Of a stretch of DNA of 64,000 nucleotides, positions 57,088-64,000 are shown piece after piece; positions within the stretch are counted from its first letter, which is position 1; each line of letters begins with the position of its first letter. This DNA is from Chrysomallon squamiferum (lineage: Eukaryota; Animalia; Mollusca): positions 8,990,001-9,054,000 of the forward strand of contig CM022667.1 in NCBI GenBank assembly GCA_012295275.1, given 5' to 3'. The notes under the pieces were generated by a model, which saw only the letters and a program-made list of their open reading frames with translations, had not been told where the DNA came from and searched no databases. A program made the position numbers and the translations under genes.

Positions 57088-57171
<84 letters not shown>

Positions 57172-57489
57172 AAACATACTTTTGTAGACTGCGATAACCC
57201 CCATGTCAGATATGTGCTTCCGTAGTTTTTAGAATGGTACTGTGAAAAGGGTGATCGTTGGTAGATATGGGCTTCCGTAGTTTGAAGAACGCTGTCAGAA
57301 ATAAAGTGCTGATTGATAGATTTGCGCTTCCATCGAATGTTGCGGATATACTGATTATGTATCGTCTCAAATATTGAACTTAATCTGAATTACAGCATTA
57401 TTGTATTTTTATATCATAAACATTAAGAACTACATAAATAAAAAAATAAAATAAACAAATGAAAATAAACAAATAAATAAACAGTCAGG

Positions 57490-57558
<69 letters not shown>

Positions 57559-58479
57559 CAACAATAATGATAATAATAATAATACTGAAAAAACTTGTAG
57601 TAAAACAGTTTGGAAACAGAAGTGTAGGTGCTGCTAAAAGTTGCTGACAAATCAGTGAGCTGTTACGTAATAAATCCTGTGTTTGTTTCTGTATCTGTGT
57701 CTGCATGTTGACGTACACTCATTGTCGCTTCCGAATTTAGGAAAGGTAGGAAAACAAAACCACGTGCATAAATATGTAATTCCTGTTTTTCGTACATGCA
57801 AATGCACACCGGGGAAAGAAAAGATACAAAAAAATTTTAAAAAAAATATATTTTTTTTTTAGAGATATTTTATTTAAAAACGTATAGTTTTAGTCATTTA
57901 AAAAATCAACAACAAAAACCCTGTTAAATGTGACATCGGCATTATTCATTCATTCATTTATTAATTCATTCTTTCACTCAGAAATTGTTTTTTTTTTGTT
58001 GTTTTTTTGTATTAATTTTGTGTGTAATGTAATATATATATTATGTCTTTCATTACAAATTTACACAGATGCGGTCATTCGTCCATCTGCCCATTATGTA
58101 CACCCACACCCACACCCACCCATCTACACCCACCCCCACCCACATACACACAAACACACACACACACACACACACATATATCCGTAAATTAAATTTATTG
58201 ATAAAAATAGTCAGATCCAAATATTCATACATACATACATACGTACGTACGTACGTACCTACATACATACAACAACATACACATATACCCAGACACACAT
58301 TAACACACAAATATGCTTTCATACGAATGTAATTATAAAGAAAGGCTCCAGTGAATAAAATCTGAGTGGGTCATCCAAACACGTCTCAGACAGGAGATAA
58401 GTAAACTAAGTAAAAAAAAAAAAATGAGTGTGTGTGACCTTTTAGGAGAATCCGGTTTGTCTGTCGCGTTTTTTGTTGT

Positions 58480-58860
58480 TGACGTGGTCATCAGAGCACG
58501 CGCCGCTGAAAACGACACCAGGTGGCAGTAAAAAACACCTTACCAGTCTGTACGCATGCGCAGAAACGTGCCACTGGGAGGAGCGATACGTTACGGTCAC
58601 ACCCTCGGGTCTCACTGACCGATTTATTTTTCTCTGAATCATCACCATTTTTTTTTTTTTTTTAAATGATAATAAAAATAAAAATAATTCAAATTTTTCT
58701 ACTACTTATCATAACGATGATGACGCCCCTTTGTCCTCCTCCCTCCCTCCCTCCCGCCCCCCTTTTTCCCCCAGTTATTCTATCCGCCCCAGTGAAAGAG
58801 ACATGTTCTCTCTCTCTCTCTGTGTGTGTGTGTGTACACGTCAGTCAGCTCTGGTAGAAA
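58480..58860 (+). promoter_or_regulatory. Proximal promoter of the IP3R-like gene (candidate)
   Basis: CTCF-like ACACCAGGTGGCAGT at 58515, NRF1-like GCATGCGCA at ~58554, GC boxes CCGCCCC at ~58754 and 58784, Inr-like TCAGTC at 58841. Confidence 0.55.
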
Positions 58861-59581
58861 AATACTTCGACACTTGACAGAGAGTCGTGAAAACAAGCGT
58901 TTTTGTGTTGGCTTCAAGTGCTCGCGTGAGTAACGCTTTCTTTACCGTCTCTCTCTCTCGAAAAAAAAACACACAACTTTTTACTGTTATCGGTCAGCGT
59001 TTTTGTGAGTCGTGCAAAAATTCAGTTCAGTGTGTACGTACGTACGTACGTCTGTGAGGGTTATCAACAGACGTTTCGCTCTGCTGACACAATTACACAA
59101 GAGCGAGAGATAAGGGATTATAAGATACAGTCATTATAAACGTACACGAAGACAGATAGATCCATGTTGATTCCTTGTATTCGTGACGTCGACGTATGTA
59201 AGCGCACAGTTGATGAATTTGGGAGAACGACAGAACAAGGATTATAACAAATTATAAATAACGCGGAATAGAAAAGGGATAGATTAAGCGCAAAAGGATT
59301 GCGAAAACGGTAAACTGGATTGGGAGATTAAAAAGACCATCTTAATTATGATTAAGGATTACAAGATCTGTCTGGATTAGGAAAAGGACCGATTCAGCGT
59401 TAAAAAATAGTTTGGAAGATTTTCGTCGGATTAGAAAATGAAGAATTTAGTTTTTCTGAAATGGTGGTGAAATTAGCTTTCGTGAAGTGTTTGGATGTAC
59501 TCGAGTTTTGATACTTCGTGTTTATTTGTTTTTGTTGCAATTTTGTAAGAATTACGTAGTCAAAAGACTTGTGTTCAACTG
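58843..59581 (+). other. Candidate non-coding first exon (5' UTR) of the IP3R-like gene
   Basis: Follows the promoter-like region; GGATT-rich. Donor is either CTG|gtaatt (59581) or CAA|gtaagt (59761). Confidence 0.45.
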
Positions 59582-60349
59582 GTAATTTTTTTTTAAATTT
59601 TAATTTTAATTTTTTTTACCAAGGACTATTTAGTCAACGGGTGCGAGATATTTTTATATTCGGAAATGGAAGTAACATAAAAAACAAACTTTGTTTATTT
59701 GTATTCATGTTGCAAATAGATTTTATATGATTTTCCAGTCACGCGTCAGAAACAGTTTCAAGTAAGTTGCTTAACTGAAACAGATTATTATTAATTTCAC
59801 TGAACTAAACCTAATCTGTTGTTTATTTCAGCGATATGTGCCTTGTTAATTTTCTACTTTCAGTTTTAAATGACACGAACAGCAACAACAGTAAATAGAT
59901 AGACAGACAGATATATAGATAGATAGACAGAGAGATAGGATAGATAGAGAGATAGAGAGACAGACAGACAGACATACTGACAGATAGATAAATAAATAAC
60001 TATAAACAAAGATAGTCGGTTACTGGATAGTTAAATTATATCAATTTCAGGTTCAAAGTTCAGTCAGTGTTAATATAGAACATAGCATATTTATTGCGAA
60101 ATTTTAATTATGTTAATTTCAATGTCAGATAACTAAGTTAATTGTTTTAACATCTTGTTATACAGTTAATACAATCAGTTTTGAAAAAAACATGTTGCTA
60201 AATTCAATTTAACGATTATTAATTTGATATCTACGGAATAAACACTGACTGTCTTGCCTACATCACACACATGCGCAGTTTTAATTTACAGGATATTGCG
60301 AAGTATACATTTCAAATAGGGAATTACCTACATGATGTTATATCATCTT

Positions 60350-61003
60350 TGTCAGTTTCAGCTCATCAATATTAATTATGTCATTTTCAGCTTTCGAATA
60401 TAAATATTTTTAAATTTCAGCTTACGGATATATATTTTTTTAACTTTTCAGCTCCCAGATATAAATTCAGTTAATTTCACCTCACGAATATAAATTTTAT
60501 TAATTTTAGTTCAAAGATATAAATTTAGTTAATTGCAGCTTTCAGATGTAAATTTTGTTCATTTCGGTTCACGGAATATAAATGTTCCAAAATTTCAGTT
60601 CACAGATATAAATTTTGTTAATTTCGGTTCTCGAATATACATTTTGCTAGTTTCAGATCAAGGATATCTGTTATAAATGTCCCTAATTTCAGTTCACAGA
60701 CAAATCTTTTTTTTAAATAAAATTTAGTTCACAGATTTAACTTATGTTAATTTCAGTTCACAGATAAATCTTTTTTTTAAATAAATTTTAGTTCACAGGA
60801 TTAAACTTTGCTAATTTCAGTTCACAGGATATAAATTTTGCTAATTTCAGTTCACAGGATATAAATTTTGTTAATTTCAGCTTATTTTATATTTTTAAAA
60901 TTTTTGTTAATTTCAGCTCACCGACAAATTTTATATTTTTAAAAATTAATTTCAGCTTACGAATATAATTAATATATATATTTTTTATTTATTTTCGTTT
61001 CAG
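60350..61003 (+). repeat. ~29-30-bp tandem repeat (~20 units) whose unit copies the 3' splice junction of the 61004 exon
   Basis: Consensus ttaatttcag(c/t)tcac(a/g)gatataaattttg versus the genuine junction tttcag|ctcacgggatata. Confidence 0.9.
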
Positions 61004-61113
61004 CTCACGGGATATAGCCGTGCGGCCGGCATGGGGGAGTATCTGTGTATCGGGGACTACATCTGTCTGTACTGCGAGGAGACTGAGGGCTACGTCTACA
61101 GCTACCAGTCGAG
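61004..61113 (+). CDS. ITPR: First conserved coding exon of an inositol 1,4,5-trisphosphate receptor-like Ca2+ channel (start of the N-terminal suppressor domain); ATG at 61031
   Basis: MGEYLCIGDYICLYCEETEGYVYSYQS aligns by eye with the IP3R N-terminus ([21 protein letters not shown]). GC-rich codons, acceptor tttcgtttcag, phase-2 donor GAG|gtaagt. The 27 nt before the ATG are open in frame. Confidence 0.82.
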
Positions 61114-64000
61114 GTAAGTGAGCGATATTTTCTCAGCATTTTTACACAACTACCTGTTTGTTGTGTCAGAGGATTAAGCAAACACAAGGCGCGGTGTTTC
61201 AGAAAACAGTTTGCATGTTGCATAATGTCAGATAAAGGTTCCCTGGGTGCGACGTTGTCTGCTATAACCGATGCAGCCTAAAGGCGCGTTTCACACCAAG
61301 CGATTTAAAGTAACGATTGCTAGAGAACGAAATTTTTAGAAATGGAAAAACAAAAATGTACTAGAAAAAAGAAAGAAAAGAAAAGAAGATAATAATTGCA
61401 AAAAACATTAGGAGAATCACCACAATTTAAAACAACAACAGTACTACTGCTACAACTATTACTACTACTATTACTACGATTATTATTACTATTACAAATA
61501 CTACTACTGATACTATTACTACTATAGATACTATTACTGATATTGCAAACTATTACTATTATTACTACTACCTCTGATACTACAGCTACTGCTACTACTA
61601 TTATTACTACTATTATTGATACCACTACTACCACCACCACCACAACTACTGATACTGCTACTACAACTATTACAATAGTTCCTATTACTACTACTAATAA
61701 TAAGAACAATAACCAGCTTTCTACAACTGATATGCATATATTAAGTATATGTATATTACTTTTATAGTCTATGAGAAGGTGCACTTGAAAGACGTCTTTC
61801 TGCTATTCGGCAAGAGTAGTCCCTGACATCAAGTTCTACAGTAATTAACTCGATCGTTCTTTTATCCACTAATTCATTTATTCGTTCGTTCATTAATTTA
61901 TTAATTCTCTCTTCCGTTAATTCTTTCATAAATTGTTTCATTCATTCTTTCATTCTTTTAGTCATTCAATCGTTCATTCATTCATTCCTCCATTACTTTA
62001 TTCATTCATTCTGAAAATTCCTTTCACACGTCTTCAGTTGGCTATTGTTCTCTCATTGTTTTTGTTTTTTGGATATTTTAAAAATTTTAATCGTTTAACC
62101 ATTTACAAAGTACAATGTTCGTTATTGTGAAATCTGAGAATGAGATGAAATTTGATATTACGAAAGTCTTTTGATGTGCCCCTTTGTTTAAATACTTAGA
62201 TTTAATCTGCTAATGTACTATTGTAGATAGTATACAGCGAACAGTACTGAAATCTATTACGACATTTAAAAGACAAGTAACAACTAGGTTACGAAATACT
62301 ATTTATTATATTAAGTTGTTTATTTAGTTCTAATAAACAACCTAATAATTATAAGATATTTTGTAACGTAATTGTTAATGAATACACATTGCATGTATAT
62401 GTGTGTGTGTATGTGTGTGTCTGTGTATGTGCGTGTGTGTGTCTGTATTTTTGTTTCTCTCCTGGACATCCAATGCCACTGGGTTATACCCGATATAACA
62501 CAATTGTTTCTCTACTTTTCTCATTTTTATAAAATGAGCTGTAATTTCTTGTTCCAACTTTCTCAACTAAGTAATGTATACATCTACGACTTATGCTATA
62601 TACATGTACTGACTTTACAGTAAAGATGACTAGTGTAACTTGTTTTAACAACTATGTGCGTATGTGTGCAATATTAAAGGTCATGGTATGTGTTATCCTG
62701 TTTAAGATAAAACTAGCGATTTCGTCAACTATATATAATAAATAAATAAATAATAACAACAGCAACAATGGCAGTAACAGTTATAATAATAGTATCAAGA
62801 AAAAAACAATAACAACAGCAGTAACAAAAGCAAAACCTGTTGTGTTATTTTTTTTATGTGTATGTGTAATTATTTTTATTTGTTTTAAAATAAGTATACA
62901 TTTCATTTTAAACAGATGATCAGAGGTGAACATTTGGTTGAATACTTCCAAGACATTGCTATTATTTATAGGAGCAAACTTTGTTAATAATAAAGTATCT
63001 ATATTTATTTGTACGAAATGACGTCAGGATAAAAATGAAAATGGCAGCCTCCATGACCTCATTAACTGTGTTTTCAGTTACATTATTTCATTTTCTTATA
63101 CTTTATTATAAAGATATAATTTATTTTTTTTTTTTTTTATTTTTATTTTTTTTTTTAAATGTACGAGTAAGATTTAGGTCACTGGTACAGATGCACTTGA
63201 AATTTAAGTTGGCTTGATATCAGTTTTGTTTACGTGTTTTTATTTACTCGCTATCTGAACTATTTACAACCAAGGCTTGATGCACTTAACAGTTGTTAAA
63301 TTACTGCATCTCGAAAAAGTGAGAAACAACGACGTAAACAGCATAACAAAACCCAAATAAATAAAAAGAAAGCAACAACAATGACAACGACGATAACAGT
63401 AGCAATAAAAATCACTATTTTCAACAGCAACAACAAACAAGAAAGAAATACCGAAATAAACAAAACACGACCTAATAACTAATTTAATAAACAAAGAAAA
63501 GGCTAATAAACAAACAACATACAAACAAACAAACAAACAAACAAACATACAAAGAAACAAACAAACAAATAAACAGACAACAACAACAAAAAGAAAGAAG
63601 AAAGAAACAAAGAACAACACTTCCACGTTTCTTGGGAGCAGTCCAAACCAAACGTTCGGCTGCTTTAAAAGTCGCCACAGATAAATGACTGAAACGAAAT
63701 AAAGCCGTCAGTGAGACACTGAGTGTCGGAACTGGCAGTGACGTGAGTAGACGTGATCACTGTATCAGTTAATGAGGCAGAGACAAAACGTCAGGTAGTT
63801 AAAAACCGGCGAAGAAGATTCTGACACTGGCCTGCAGACGTTCTCTGAAATCAGTAACTCGTGGGATCTGAAATATTTCGTTCGGATAGATTTCATGAAT
63901 AAAGAGTGATTGTGCCTTGACGTAATAATGCAAATGCATGACGTAATCATACACATTTATGACGTCTTTATTCAACATTCTTATGTAATTATGCAAATGT

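Noticed and set aside
61005-61223. Minus-strand 72-aa ORF
   Set aside because: It is the shadow of the GC-rich IP3R exon on the opposite strand.

Overview
AT-rich (roughly 30% GC by eye), microsatellite-dense metazoan DNA, probably from a lophotrochozoan such as a mollusc (inferred from composition only). Most ORFs in the supplied track are artefacts of simple repeats. The one protein I recognise is an exon at 61004-61113 (+) encoding LTGYSRAAG-MGEYLCIGDYICLYCEETEGYVYSYQS. This resembles the extreme N-terminus of inositol 1,4,5-trisphosphate receptors (cf. ITPR1 [14 protein letters not shown]..GF). The preceding ~60 kb looks like the 5' region of that gene. It holds several ATG-initiated, GTAAGT-terminated short exons (8152, 31205, 46232, 49664) and internal or micro-exons (1839, 18847, 39330). 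All of them end in phase 0 and could splice in frame to the phase-0 acceptor at 61004. That acceptor is preceded by ~20 tandem copies of its own intron/exon junction. The window also contains candidate antisense spliced small ORFs, same-orientation CTCF-like motifs, excess CRE and E-box motifs, and many minisatellites. All exon connectivity is inferred from splice signals and phase; none is shown by transcript data.
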